Shown piece after piece: positions 24,273 through 34,194 of a DNA stretch of 36,893 nt. The notes below the pieces were generated by a model, which saw only the letters and a list, made by a program, of their open reading frames with translations, was not told the origin of the DNA and made no database searches. Made by a program: the position numbers and the translations under genes. Each line of letters begins with the position of its first letter. Positions within the stretch are counted from its first letter, which is position 1. The stretch is from a virus (taxonomy: Duplodnaviria > Caudoviricetes): the IMG/VR virus record IMGVR_UViG_3300032216_000505, positions 1 through 36,893 of that record. One strand, 5' to 3'.

Positions 24273-25144
24273 CCTTGTTCCTTCATATATTGTTGATACT
24301 GATTACACCAAGTTGATACTTGGCAAAAGTTTTCACATCTTGTACGCTCTCCTGGCCGTATTTCAATGTCATAGTTATCGCCTAACTCTGCGAGTGCTGA
24401 TAATGCTTTTTCTGCGGTATCATAAATTGAATGCGCTCGTTTTCCGCCAATCTTACGCACCGCCCAGACAGTCGGCTTTTCCCACATTTCTTCTGGGGTG
24501 CAGTCTGGAAGTCGGCCATCAGTTTCAAGGGCAAACTCACAAGCAGAATGCAAAGCAATCCTCTTAGAAATAAACGCATCTCTTTCCTCCATAGTCCATA
24601 AACGAATTGGAAGCTCTTTAACTGGTGCCTCAGGATAACCTTCCCTAGTCTTGGCATCTCTCCGATTCCAATCACGAATGATTCCTACAATCCCAAGGTC
24701 AGTAATCTTTGTGCCCTTAACCTTTTCAACTAACCATGCATAAATATTTAGTTGATTTTCCCAATCAATCTTTTCATTCATTACTGCCCAAACTGAAGTA
24801 GTTTTGTAGTCTTTAATGCTAATGCCATTATCGCTAGTGATCTGCAAGTCAATTGCGCCTGAGATATGCCAGCCATCCTTTTCAGAGTGAAGACGTTGCT
24901 CAACGATATGATTCTCGTCTTTACCATGCTCCAATACGTTATGGACGGCAGAACCAAAAATAGACCAAATCATGTCAGAAACATCTTGCTCCAACTGGTC
25001 ATCAAACTTCTTGGTTAAAGCCACAATTTTTGGACTACTTAATAACTGCGTAGCTGACAAATGTGCCTTACCTTTAGAGTATGTTGGGCGATCCAACACA
25101 TTCATAAAAGTTTGTGGAATGTTGTATTTATTCGTCAGTTTCAT
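24269..25144 (-). CDS. PD-(D/E)XK exonuclease partnering ERF
   Basis: SAT-L, GSAVH-VLE, SGAID, DYKT, QLNIY and C---C-V---C; start at MKLTNKY. Confidence 0.85.
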   Translation of the reverse strand: MKLTNKYNIPQTFMNVLDRPTYSKGKAHLSATQLLSSPKIVALTKKFDDQLEQDVSDMIWSIFGSAVHNVLEHGKDENHIVEQRLHSEKDGWHISGAIDLQITSDNGISIKDYKTTSVWAVMNEKIDWENQLNIYAWLVEKVKGTKITDLGIVGIIRDWNRRDAKTREGYPEAPVKELPIRLWTMEERDAFISKRIALHSACEFALETDGRLPDCTPEEMWEKPTVWAVRKIGGKRAHSIYDTAEKALSALAELGDNYDIEIRPGERTRCENFCQVSTWCNQYQQYMKEQG

Positions 25145-25274
25145 CGCTAATTTCGTCCAATTTAAGATTAAAAGTTTTGATCTGTTCATCAGTCAAAGGA
25201 CGTATACCTAATTCTTCATCCATAGAACGAAAAACTGCTTTAAGAATTTCATTTTGAGTTTGTGTAAATTCCAT
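25128..25274 (-). CDS. 48-aa acidic protein (not in ORF track)
   Basis: MEFTQTQNEILKAVFRSMDEELG...; SD AGGGGGAA. Confidence 0.6.
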   Translation of the reverse strand: MEFTQTQNEILKAVFRSMDEELGIRPLTDEQIKTFNLKLDEISDETDE

Positions 25275-25282
25275 GATTCCCC

Positions 25283-25513
25283 CTAATTAAATAAAAAAAT
25301 ACTAAAAACTACAAGCAAAGAAACTAACGTACTAAGTGCTACAGTTGCGTTATACATATGCACACTTTTAATATACTCAGGCGTTGCCAACAAAGCCTCT
25401 TGCAAAAGCAACATATCCTTATCATCAATTGGCATAGGCTTGGGTGGACGCTGGATGTATCCAATCCCAATTTGAACTCCTGTACTTGTTACGTATGGCA
25501 CTTGTTTCTTCAT
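25283..25513 (-). CDS. Hypothetical protein with C-terminal TM helix
   Basis: PYVTSTGVQIG...LLQEALL; SD AAGGGGGAA. Confidence 0.75.
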   Translation of the reverse strand: MKKQVPYVTSTGVQIGIGYIQRPPKPMPIDDKDMLLLQEALLATPEYIKSVHMYNATVALSTLVSLLVVFSIFLFN

Positions 25514-25535
25514 GTTTCCCCCTTAAAGAAGTTGT

Positions 25536-25569
25536 AGTGTCTAACAGAAAAATAATAATGTCAATAGGT
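25536..25569 (-). promoter_or_regulatory. Putative sigma70 promoter of the recombination operon
   Basis: TTGACA-17 bp-GACACT; shares ACCTATTGACAT with the sRNA promoter. Confidence 0.5.
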
Positions 25570-25601
25570 CATACCCATATTATTTCATGTGTTGCATTTT
25601 C

Positions 25602-25623
25602 AACTATAACATCTGTTATAGTT
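25602..25623. promoter_or_regulatory. 22-bp palindrome, copy 2, overlapping the extended -10 of rusA
   Basis: Identical to 7409..7430; lies in a divergent intergenic region. Confidence 0.7.
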
Positions 25624-25628
25624 AGCAT

Positions 25629-25967
25629 ATGAAAACGCTATATTTACCCTGGCCCCCCAAAGAACTTTCTCCTAATGCATCTATGCATTGGGCAAAGAAA
25701 GCTAAAGTTAAAAAGACCTATCGCCATGCTTGCTGGGCATTGGCTTTAGAGGCTAAATTAGAGCCTACAGAAGGCGAAAAGATAAAGTTGGATATAACCT
25801 TCTATCCTCCAGATAAACGTCATAGAGACGCTGATAACATGGTTGCTGCAATTAAGTCTGGATTAGATGGTGTAGCTGACGCACTAAGGGTAAACGATAG
25901 ATGTTTTTTACCAACATTTATTTTTTCAGATGAAGTAAAAGGAATGATAAAAATAGAGTTAAAATAA
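25629..25967 (+). CDS. rusA: RusA-like Holliday junction resolvase
   Basis: LPWPP--LSPN and F-PPDKR-RD-DN-----K---DG-ADAL---D. Confidence 0.8.
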   Translation: MKTLYLPWPPKELSPNASMHWAKKAKVKKTYRHACWALALEAKLEPTEGEKIKLDITFYPPDKRHRDADNMVAAIKSGLDGVADALRVNDRCFLPTFIFSDEVKGMIKIELK

Positions 25968-26036
25968 ACGTGGAGTTAAAACTCCTTCACGTTTACGGTT
26001 GCATTAGGTTTCGAAAGTTACCTTTTGCAACCTTTT

Positions 26037-29000
26037 TTATTCCTCAAATTTAGCAATGTGATCGTTAAAGCGTTTCATAATAAGCGCTTTTTGGTTATCA
26101 ATTCTTTGAATGCGTTCTTTTGGTAAACCTTTTTCCTGGAACTCTTTCTTTTGCTTATTTAAAGCATTAATTTGGTTCTCTACATTGTTAGCCATTTGCC
26201 AAAATCTGGCCTCTGGATGTTCTCTGTAGTATTCCATGACGTTTTCTTTATTCTTTTGACGTCCCTTAACTTCATGCTCGTGATCTGCCATGCGGGTAAT
26301 ATTGCCATAGAACCTTTGGCTTTCAGCAGCCTTGGATTCTGTATCGCCAATGAAGCGGCCAGCCAATGGAATGCGGTAGGTAGGCAGTTCCTCGCCAGTT
26401 ACCCCAGCCTTGATAGCCTGTTCTGTTTTAATCAATTCACGGCCTACACCGCCAGTTACCTGACCAGCTATGTAGTCAAGTTCGTCAGCGGTTGGGCTAA
26501 GGAAGCCCTTGCTATATTTACCACCGCCAGAAGCTAAGTTAAGGAAGTAGGAGATCTGTTTGCTAATCTCGCTGGCAGACTCTCTAGAACGCATATAACC
26601 AGGCATAGGGTTTGTTGCACGGTCTTCCCTATAGATAGGCCTACCAAAGGCATCTTTATTCGATTCTAGGGCTGCTATAGGGTCTAGGACGGTAGGTAAC
26701 ACAGACTGAATAGATAGGCCAGAACTACCTACTGGGGAGAAGGCATCCATAAAAGCGCCAGTCATATTGGCTACTTTTTTGCCGCCATGTTTGCCACCGC
26801 CCAATACAAACTCGGTAGTAATCCTGCCCACGTTAGGAAGGATATGTAAGCCTAATGGGTAAGGTATGCTTAAATACTTACCATCTGGCATAGGAATAAC
26901 AAAGTTACGCTCTCTGACAAATTCTGGTGGCTCATCTTCACGATAACCGGCAGCAGCCAGCATCACTGCCTGCATTGCGCCAAGGCCAATACCACCAGCA
27001 ATAATCTTGCGACCCATAGGACCTTTGAGGGTTTGGGCTAAACGGGCAGTACCTTGTACGGAAGCATTGAAGAATGCATAGTAAGCGTTAATACGGGCAG
27101 ACAACTGGCCTTTTTTATCAAAGTTAACAGTCAAGTTCTTTGCAATAATAGCAGCCTGTTGTTTGCTTAATCCTTTATCTAAAGCAGCAACATAAGCAGA
27201 CACACGAACAGAGTTTTCCATCATGTCATTAAAATCTGTAAGTACACCCATCACAGCACCAAAAGCTTTTTTGGCGTTGCCTTCTTTCATTTTGTCTAAT
27301 TCTTTTTCAATGATGGCTTTTTCTTCATCAGTACGAATTAAAGACTCACGGTAACCAGTTTGCCCGCCTTGTTTTCTAAAATCTTGGAATGCCTTAGCCC
27401 ATTTGCCTGTTGTATCAGTTTTGCCTTTACGTTCATCACGCAATACATTCATAATGCCACGCATGGCTGGAATAATTCCAGATGATACTTTGCCTTGCAT
27501 ACCTGCTATTGGAGTCGTGGACAAGTTAAACATAGCGCCTTGAACGTCACGTAATAAGTTCACTGCACCGAAAATTGGATTGTATTGAGTATTAACAGAA
27601 GCAAACCAGCGTGTCATCTTTCCGATTACACCTTCGATATCGCCAAGGCTATCTGCGTCCAAGTTCTTTAATGATTGAACCATACGAACTGCAACAGGAT
27701 TAGTTTGGTTAAAGAAAATGTATCTGTCTTTACCATTGATTCGAATCGGGAATACGTTTTCACCAAAGCGAGCAAGGTTATCTACTTTAAGCTTAACGCT
27801 TTCTTCTGTGTCGCTGGTAGGTAATCCCGTATTGGGATCAATTTTTCTGGTCTTACTAATGTAACGAGACTTAGGCTCTTCCATTAAGTTGTCAGCAATT
27901 TCATTGGCATTTTCAAAGCCAAGGCTGCGCAGTTCTGCAATCAATGCTTCTTTGCTCTTAATAGCATCTGGGTTTACAGGCAGCCATAGATCTGGGTTAG
28001 GGTTCTTCAACGCCAGTGCATACAAAGCACGGCCAACTTTAATTTTTTCAGCACGAATCAAAGCCCGTTCACGCTGGGCAATTAAATTACCTAGAATGTC
28101 TTGGACTTCTTTTTCTGAACCCATAGCACGTTTGGAAAACTTCCCTTGGGTTCCAAAACCCTTACTTGCGCCAGTAGTCCCAAAGCCGCCAATGTCTTCT
28201 TCCACACGGAACAATGGAACATAGTGTTCATAGGTAGAGTTCCATGCATCAATCGTAGCTTGGTCTTCAGCACCAGAAGCCACAAGAATGGCTTGGGTTT
28301 CTTTAACCATCTTGTCAAACATATTGCCAACCTTTTCCAAGGCTGCTTTTTTCTTAGGGTCTAAACCAGCAAGGTATGCTTTAGCATCAGCTGTAGATAT
28401 ACCAGAAGCTCTATCTTGCAACTCCCAAGGTGTTTTTCTTGCTTCGCCAGTAACAGGATCAAGCTTATTGATCTCGTTCATCTTGTTGTTGCGCTCTTCC
28501 GCATGGCGGTTATGCAAGTATTCCCGCATTTCTTGAGGCGTTAGGCCAAGCTTTTGTAACTGCTTAATTGCTGGCATCAATTCATTAAGCAAGAACTCAC
28601 GAATACCTGTAGCAGTTCTGCCGTGATATAGCTGTTCTTTATCGTAGACGTTTAAATCGTCATCAATCTTGCCAACTTCTTTTTCAATGATCTGTTGCGC
28701 CCGTTTGGTATCAATCTGCTTATCTTGCAGCTTATAGATAATGTTATCTACCTTTTCATCGCTAAGACCATACCAATGCTTAATGTTATCTTCTGAGAAT
28801 GACCAAGAAGCTTTAACTGGTTCGCCTTTATAATTACGTCCTTCGCCTTGTATAACTGGTTTTTCAATTAAAGATTTAGTTTCATTAATATCTTTCAATG
28901 ACCAACCAACTTTACCTAAAATATTGGCAACATCCTTTGGTTTTTCTTCAAAAAACCTATCAGCTACACCAGCTAATTTATCTAAAGCAGTTTGATATTT

Positions 29001-31670
29001 AGCATCTACACCAATCAAACGTCTGAAGGCATCCATTAATTTACTTAAAGCAGTTTGTCTGCCCATCTTAATAGAAGCTAAAAACGCTTGAAAGTTATGG
29101 TCTGTTAAACCATAAGCAAACAACTCATCATAAGAGTTATTGCCATAATTAATTTTACCGTCACGAATAGATTCAATATCTAACCATGCTTTTTTAAAAG
29201 ATCTTACTCCAGGATCTCTTTCTTCTTTTGGTTTTTTTAACTCTTCTAATACTTTAGTTTGAATTGCTTGGCGAATACTTAACAAATCTTTATAAATTTG
29301 TTTATCACCTTTGTAAAGATTGCGTTTAATAATATGAAGCTGTAATGAGCTAACCATGTGCAACATTTCGTGCATAATGGTTTCGTAATCTGTGCCAGTA
29401 TATGCGTCTGCATTTCCTTCAGGATTAAGACCGTTAAATTTAACATCGTAATATTGAAGTTTTTTGTTATTGACTATTGGTTTTTGTTTACCATATGCTC
29501 CAGCATCTCTTCTTCTTCCTTCAAGGATGTCAATTTTTACTTGAATACCATAAGGTGGTTTGGCAAAATCTTTAACTCTAGCAAGAATCTTTTCTGCAAT
29601 ATGTCTGGCAGGTTCATTTGGAGCATTGTCAACCATCCATTGACTTAATTGTTCACCATTTAAATTCTTAATCTCAGCGTAAATTTGCTCTTTAGATTTA
29701 GCAATATCAAATTCTTTGGTTTCAGTTGGCGTTCCAGGAACTCTAGTTTCAGGAGTTCTATAAGACTGTTCATTAAATCCAGAAGTTCTTGCTGTTTGGT
29801 CAAATTGATCTACTAACTTTGGATCAAGTAAACCATTTATTCTTTCACCACCATTAAAGTATCGAATTTCAACTGGTAAATATTGATAACCAAGTTCTTT
29901 AGCAGCCATAATTCTATGGTTGCCTTCACTAACATATGCATTACCTTTTTGATCTACCAAAATAAATGGTAAATAATCCCCACCTCTGTTTGATTGAGGT
30001 AGACGATTGGTCTTATCCATTATTTCTTTAATAGCTTTTAAATCATCTGGGCGTACATTTTTTTGTTCATTATTTTCACCAGGTATTTTTTGCAAAATAC
30101 TTATTGGAATCATTACTGGTTTGTCATAAGTTCCAGTAACTGTACCAAAAACTTTTGGAGCGCCAGATTCTTTGTAACCATACTCATCAGTTATCTGTTG
30201 TTTTTCTTTTAACCAATCTTCATTTGGAATATCAGATTTAAGATTTGGTCTTGGTTTAGTTTCTTCTGATTTAATTGGTTCTGCTGGTTTTACAGTTGGA
30301 GCAACATATCCTGGCGGCGGTCCAACACTTAAATCCGTATCTTTTACGTTTATTGGTTTACCCGTAATTGCATTAACTAATTTATTGTCTTTACCTGACA
30401 TAACAACAGAAACAACTTCATTTGTTTTTGGATCTGTGTAATGAAATAAAATTTCCTTTGGAGGTGTAGTACTAGGTGCTACAGTTGCTTCAGGAACAAC
30501 AGTTGGTGCTGGTTGAGCAACAACTTCTTCTTTTGGTTGTGTTATATCTTTGCCAGACAATTCATCAGCCATAGCTTGGGTATCTTGTGAACCGCCTTGT
30601 GGTACTTCTCCTACCTCTGTGGTTGGAGCTGTTGCCGTATTTTCTGGGGCAGTTTTAACTTCTTCTGCGCCCTTGGCTTCATCTTGTTTAGCTTCTTCAA
30701 TAACTTGTTCTGGTTTTTTACCTTTGATAACTTCATACGCATGGCCAGGAACGGAGAAAGCACCACCCAATACAGCACCGCCCACAAAGTTCTCAAAGTA
30801 TTCTTTACGAGCCTGTTCATCTGCAATATTAAGACCAGCTTGTAATCGCTCAAATACAGCTTGACCAGCTTCTGTAAGACCTTCTGCGCCCATAGTCTTG
30901 CCAGTTTGTAAAGCATAAGTTCCAGTTTGCTCAAGCAATCCTTTTTTGGCAACTTCTTGTAATGCTTTTTCAGATGCCTCTACGCCAGCTTTATTAAAGA
31001 TTTGACGAATACCTGGGAGCATCTTTAATCCAAAAACATCTAATGCTGCCTGTGGGATAGCGGCTGCACCCGCTTTTAAAAGACTGGCTTCTTCTAGTGT
31101 TTTACCTTCTTGAACTTGGCGAGATAAGTTTGTGCCAGTAAATTGCGCTGCACCTACAGCACCAGCGGCCAACTCTGCTGTGCCAATTAATCCACCAGCC
31201 AATCCAATTTCAGGAAGGGCTAAGGCGGCAACACCAGCGGCTACAGGGGCAGCCATATATGGTAATGAGCCACCAGCAGTCTCAGCTAGTTTAGTAAATG
31301 GGGCTTCTGTCCAGCCCTGCTCGGTTGGCTTAAATACTTTCTTAGCTTCTGCTTCATGCATTCTTGCATCACGCTCAGCTTGAGCTGTATCTTTAAGGCC
31401 AATCTTTCCTGCTAAACGGGAAATGTCTGCTTGGATTTGTTCTGTACTACCAGCAAGAGCGCCAGAAAATCCACCTTGGGGATTAGCAACTGGAGGACCT
31501 TCGACTGGTTGTTTGGCAGCATCATACCGACCTAATTCATCGGGAACTGCAGTTGTAGCAACTTTTGGAGGTGTGTATGCCTGATACCTTTTTAAAAGGT
31601 CAGATTGAGTTACATTATCAGGGACCCCACTAATGATGGTCCCATCAGGCATTTGCACATCTATAGGCAT
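26037..31670 (-). CDS. Large polyvalent / internal virion (ejection) protein with ParB-like, zincin-like and LPD38-like regions
   Basis: 1877 aa; EGNHRIMAAKELG; IMHEMLH; C-terminal YAFFNASVQG...IP-P-G...NKDAFGRPIY. Confidence 0.75.
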   Translation of the reverse strand: MPIDVQMPDGTIISGVPDNVTQSDLLKRYQAYTPPKVATTAVPDELGRYDAAKQPVEGPPVANPQGGFSGALAGSTEQIQADISRLAGKIGLKDTAQAERDARMHEAEAKKVFKPTEQGWTEAPFTKLAETAGGSLPYMAAPVAAGVAALALPEIGLAGGLIGTAELAAGAVGAAQFTGTNLSRQVQEGKTLEEASLLKAGAAAIPQAALDVFGLKMLPGIRQIFNKAGVEASEKALQEVAKKGLLEQTGTYALQTGKTMGAEGLTEAGQAVFERLQAGLNIADEQARKEYFENFVGGAVLGGAFSVPGHAYEVIKGKKPEQVIEEAKQDEAKGAEEVKTAPENTATAPTTEVGEVPQGGSQDTQAMADELSGKDITQPKEEVVAQPAPTVVPEATVAPSTTPPKEILFHYTDPKTNEVVSVVMSGKDNKLVNAITGKPINVKDTDLSVGPPPGYVAPTVKPAEPIKSEETKPRPNLKSDIPNEDWLKEKQQITDEYGYKESGAPKVFGTVTGTYDKPVMIPISILQKIPGENNEQKNVRPDDLKAIKEIMDKTNRLPQSNRGGDYLPFILVDQKGNAYVSEGNHRIMAAKELGYQYLPVEIRYFNGGERINGLLDPKLVDQFDQTARTSGFNEQSYRTPETRVPGTPTETKEFDIAKSKEQIYAEIKNLNGEQLSQWMVDNAPNEPARHIAEKILARVKDFAKPPYGIQVKIDILEGRRRDAGAYGKQKPIVNNKKLQYYDVKFNGLNPEGNADAYTGTDYETIMHEMLHMVSSLQLHIIKRNLYKGDKQIYKDLLSIRQAIQTKVLEELKKPKEERDPGVRSFKKAWLDIESIRDGKINYGNNSYDELFAYGLTDHNFQAFLASIKMGRQTALSKLMDAFRRLIGVDAKYQTALDKLAGVADRFFEEKPKDVANILGKVGWSLKDINETKSLIEKPVIQGEGRNYKGEPVKASWSFSEDNIKHWYGLSDEKVDNIIYKLQDKQIDTKRAQQIIEKEVGKIDDDLNVYDKEQLYHGRTATGIREFLLNELMPAIKQLQKLGLTPQEMREYLHNRHAEERNNKMNEINKLDPVTGEARKTPWELQDRASGISTADAKAYLAGLDPKKKAALEKVGNMFDKMVKETQAILVASGAEDQATIDAWNSTYEHYVPLFRVEEDIGGFGTTGASKGFGTQGKFSKRAMGSEKEVQDILGNLIAQRERALIRAEKIKVGRALYALALKNPNPDLWLPVNPDAIKSKEALIAELRSLGFENANEIADNLMEEPKSRYISKTRKIDPNTGLPTSDTEESVKLKVDNLARFGENVFPIRINGKDRYIFFNQTNPVAVRMVQSLKNLDADSLGDIEGVIGKMTRWFASVNTQYNPIFGAVNLLRDVQGAMFNLSTTPIAGMQGKVSSGIIPAMRGIMNVLRDERKGKTDTTGKWAKAFQDFRKQGGQTGYRESLIRTDEEKAIIEKELDKMKEGNAKKAFGAVMGVLTDFNDMMENSVRVSAYVAALDKGLSKQQAAIIAKNLTVNFDKKGQLSARINAYYAFFNASVQGTARLAQTLKGPMGRKIIAGGIGLGAMQAVMLAAAGYREDEPPEFVRERNFVIPMPDGKYLSIPYPLGLHILPNVGRITTEFVLGGGKHGGKKVANMTGAFMDAFSPVGSSGLSIQSVLPTVLDPIAALESNKDAFGRPIYREDRATNPMPGYMRSRESASEISKQISYFLNLASGGGKYSKGFLSPTADELDYIAGQVTGGVGRELIKTEQAIKAGVTGEELPTYRIPLAGRFIGDTESKAAESQRFYGNITRMADHEHEVKGRQKNKENVMEYYREHPEARFWQMANNVENQINALNKQKKEFQEKGLPKERIQRIDNQKALIMKRFNDHIAKFEE

Positions 31671-31678
31671 AACTAGCC

Positions 31679-33781
31679 TTAAGTTGGAAGTTGACTAAAT
31701 GGTACTACTTTAGGTTGAGCAGGCTCAGATTTTCCGCCACCAAATAGGCCGCTAAAGAATCCTGGCTTCTCTTCTTGTTTAGGGTATTGTATCTTAGTCG
31801 GTGTAACTTCGGGAACTTTTACACCAGCAGTATGGAATATTTGCATTTGACGTTCAGCAATACGCTGCTCGTAATAATCGTACTCAGGTGTGCCAGGTTG
31901 AGATCCAGAAGCTGCTTGTTGTTTTGTCAACGCTTTAATTGTTGGATCGTTATTGACTAAAGTCTGCGCTCTGTTAATAGCACGATCTTCACCGCTTGGA
32001 GCATTAGCCAAAGCAGCCATCTTCATATCTCGTTGACTTTGTATCTGAAGTAGTGTTCCAGCCAAATGTAGTCTGCGAGCATCATCTTTAGCAGCACCTT
32101 CAGCATCTAACTTAGCCAATTGACGTTTTAATTCACGCTCTGCAGTTTGTTCTTTTTCGTAAGTATTTAAAGTATTTAAGCCAGCTTGCCCTACGTTTTG
32201 AATCAAATATTGACCTGGCTGTGCAGCTAGGTTAAGGCCAAAACGAGTTAATGCTCTTGCTCCACCCATGTCATTTTGTTCTTTAAGGCTTTTTTCAATT
32301 GCTGCACGTTCATCTTTGGTAGCATCTTTACCAGATTGTGCTTGCCCCAATAAAGCTAATGCTGCTTTATTTAAATCTACTTTGCCACTTTTATCGGCAT
32401 ATATAGCCAAAGCATCATCTACTGGGTTTTTTGACGCAGGAACTTCGCCCTCGTCAGCAAAAGACATGATTCCACCAGATGCAAACTTTTGTGGAATAAC
32501 GTCGCCAGTTGGAGCATTTCCTAGGCCTGCACTAGCCATTTGTTGTGGTGGTAATCCCTGTTCAGATATTAACTTTGCAGCTTCTGGGTTGCTACGCAGG
32601 TGTCCGTGATCCATTTGTAAACTAGCGGCATATAACTTATCTAATGGCTCTGAGTAATTGCTTTTTTGTACTTGTTGTAATTGTTGGTCATTATAGCTTT
32701 TCATTGGAATAGCACCGCCTGGTGCGTATTTAGCAATATCTTTTGCTGAACCACCTTTTGCACCTTTAGCTGCGTTATACATTGCTGCTGCACCAAGGCC
32801 TGCAGTTCCAAGACCAGCCAATTGAGATATTTGATTTGGAGCTGCTTGATACATCTGGGTAGAAGCCTGCTGCATCGGAAGACCACGCAACATAGAGTTG
32901 AGCATACCCAACTGAAGGTATGGATACTGTTGGGCGGTAGCATAGTTTTGAACTGCTTGATTGATGACGTTTTGCTGCTGCGCTTGTTGCTGTGCGCCTT
33001 GTTGTGCTTGAGTTCCAAGAATGTTTTGTCTTGCCGCTAATTCAGCTGCGCCTTGATTGCTTAATTGTCCAGCGCCGCTAAGACCAGCTTGAATACCTTG
33101 AAGTCCCAAGTTAGCACCAAACTGTTGAGCTTGTTGAGCTTGTTGGAATGCATTGTTGTAGCCTGTACCAATTGCCTGGTTCATAGCAATATTTTTATTG
33201 CGTTGATTTTCAGCGGACATTAATGCTTCACGATTGCCACCAAAAGCGCCAGCACGAGTAGCTGCACCTTGTTGCTGAGTACCAGTAATATCATACTGAC
33301 GGCCAATTTCTGCTAATTGTGGTTGTAATGCATTGTTCAAGTACGGATTCATATATGACTGCATTGCATATGGGTCGGTAGCTTGATTAGCATAATTTCT
33401 TCCAGCACCCATAGCACCCAGCGAGCCAGCAGCAGTCATTCCTTGAGCAACTCCCATTGATCCTGGAACTTGAAGATTTGCTGCAGCAGATTGTGCCTGT
33501 TGCTGTAATGGACTAAATCCAGCTACATAATCTGTTGGATTGTTGCTATAAGGTGTGTAAGGATTAAAGCCTGTCATGTCAGGCGTGTAAATCTGCGCCT
33601 GTGCAGCATTAAGCATATTCTCTACATATGGCTGTGCATATTCAGGAATATTGGTATTTTGTACTGTTGTTTGAGTGGGGGACGCTGCAGCTGGCGCAGG
33701 AGAACCACCGCCTCCGCTATCGTAAGGGGTACGCTTTAAATCCCATGTCCAACCAGAATGTTTGCTTTTTAAAATACTCAT
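31679..33781 (-). CDS. Putative ejection/DNA-transfer protein
   Basis: 700 aa, Q/A/G-rich; NIPEYAQPY, YMNPY and AGAFGG motifs; A-GG repeats. Confidence 0.65.
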   Translation of the reverse strand: MSILKSKHSGWTWDLKRTPYDSGGGGSPAPAAASPTQTTVQNTNIPEYAQPYVENMLNAAQAQIYTPDMTGFNPYTPYSNNPTDYVAGFSPLQQQAQSAAANLQVPGSMGVAQGMTAAGSLGAMGAGRNYANQATDPYAMQSYMNPYLNNALQPQLAEIGRQYDITGTQQQGAATRAGAFGGNREALMSAENQRNKNIAMNQAIGTGYNNAFQQAQQAQQFGANLGLQGIQAGLSGAGQLSNQGAAELAARQNILGTQAQQGAQQQAQQQNVINQAVQNYATAQQYPYLQLGMLNSMLRGLPMQQASTQMYQAAPNQISQLAGLGTAGLGAAAMYNAAKGAKGGSAKDIAKYAPGGAIPMKSYNDQQLQQVQKSNYSEPLDKLYAASLQMDHGHLRSNPEAAKLISEQGLPPQQMASAGLGNAPTGDVIPQKFASGGIMSFADEGEVPASKNPVDDALAIYADKSGKVDLNKAALALLGQAQSGKDATKDERAAIEKSLKEQNDMGGARALTRFGLNLAAQPGQYLIQNVGQAGLNTLNTYEKEQTAERELKRQLAKLDAEGAAKDDARRLHLAGTLLQIQSQRDMKMAALANAPSGEDRAINRAQTLVNNDPTIKALTKQQAASGSQPGTPEYDYYEQRIAERQMQIFHTAGVKVPEVTPTKIQYPKQEEKPGFFSGLFGGGKSEPAQPKVVPFSQLPT

Positions 33782-34194
33782 AATTTTGTCTCTACTATCT
33801 GATAACGATCATAAAATCCAGTCTGACTAAGAAGCCTTTTCATTGACGGCCTAACTGCTGCTTGCAACTTAGTAGCTCCCATTTGTTGAACAATATTCTT
33901 TAATTGCACCAAAGATTCCTTTGTAACAATCTCTTTGCCACCTGTAGAAGTAATAAATGCCACTCGGTCATTTGGGTAGTTTATAAACGATACTGTCATT
34001 GCACCCTGTACTAAACCTTGTTCATTTATTGCTACTACTAAAATCCACATACCTGTTGATAAGTACACTTTTACATGATCTAAAGTGTAATCACCACCAT
34101 TACCTTGCTTTTGAGAAGCATCTATATATTTTTCAACTAAATGCCAGACTTGGGCAACATTGTTAGTTGGTATATGACGAATCTCTACGCTCAT
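33778..34194 (-). CDS. Virion-module protein, possible GNAT-like fold
   Basis: 138 aa between ejection genes; beta-rich core and IT-TGG segment. Confidence 0.5.
   Translation of the reverse strand: MSVEIRHIPTNNVAQVWHLVEKYIDASQKQGNGGDYTLDHVKVYLSTGMWILVVAINEQGLVQGAMTVSFINYPNDRVAFITSTGGKEIVTKESLVQLKNIVQQMGATKLQAAVRPSMKRLLSQTGFYDRYQIVETKL

Noticed and set aside
24269-25144. Cas4 as evidence of a CRISPR system
   Set aside because: A solo PD-(D/E)XK nuclease next to ERF and an SSB-like gene is a standard recombination module; no array is present.
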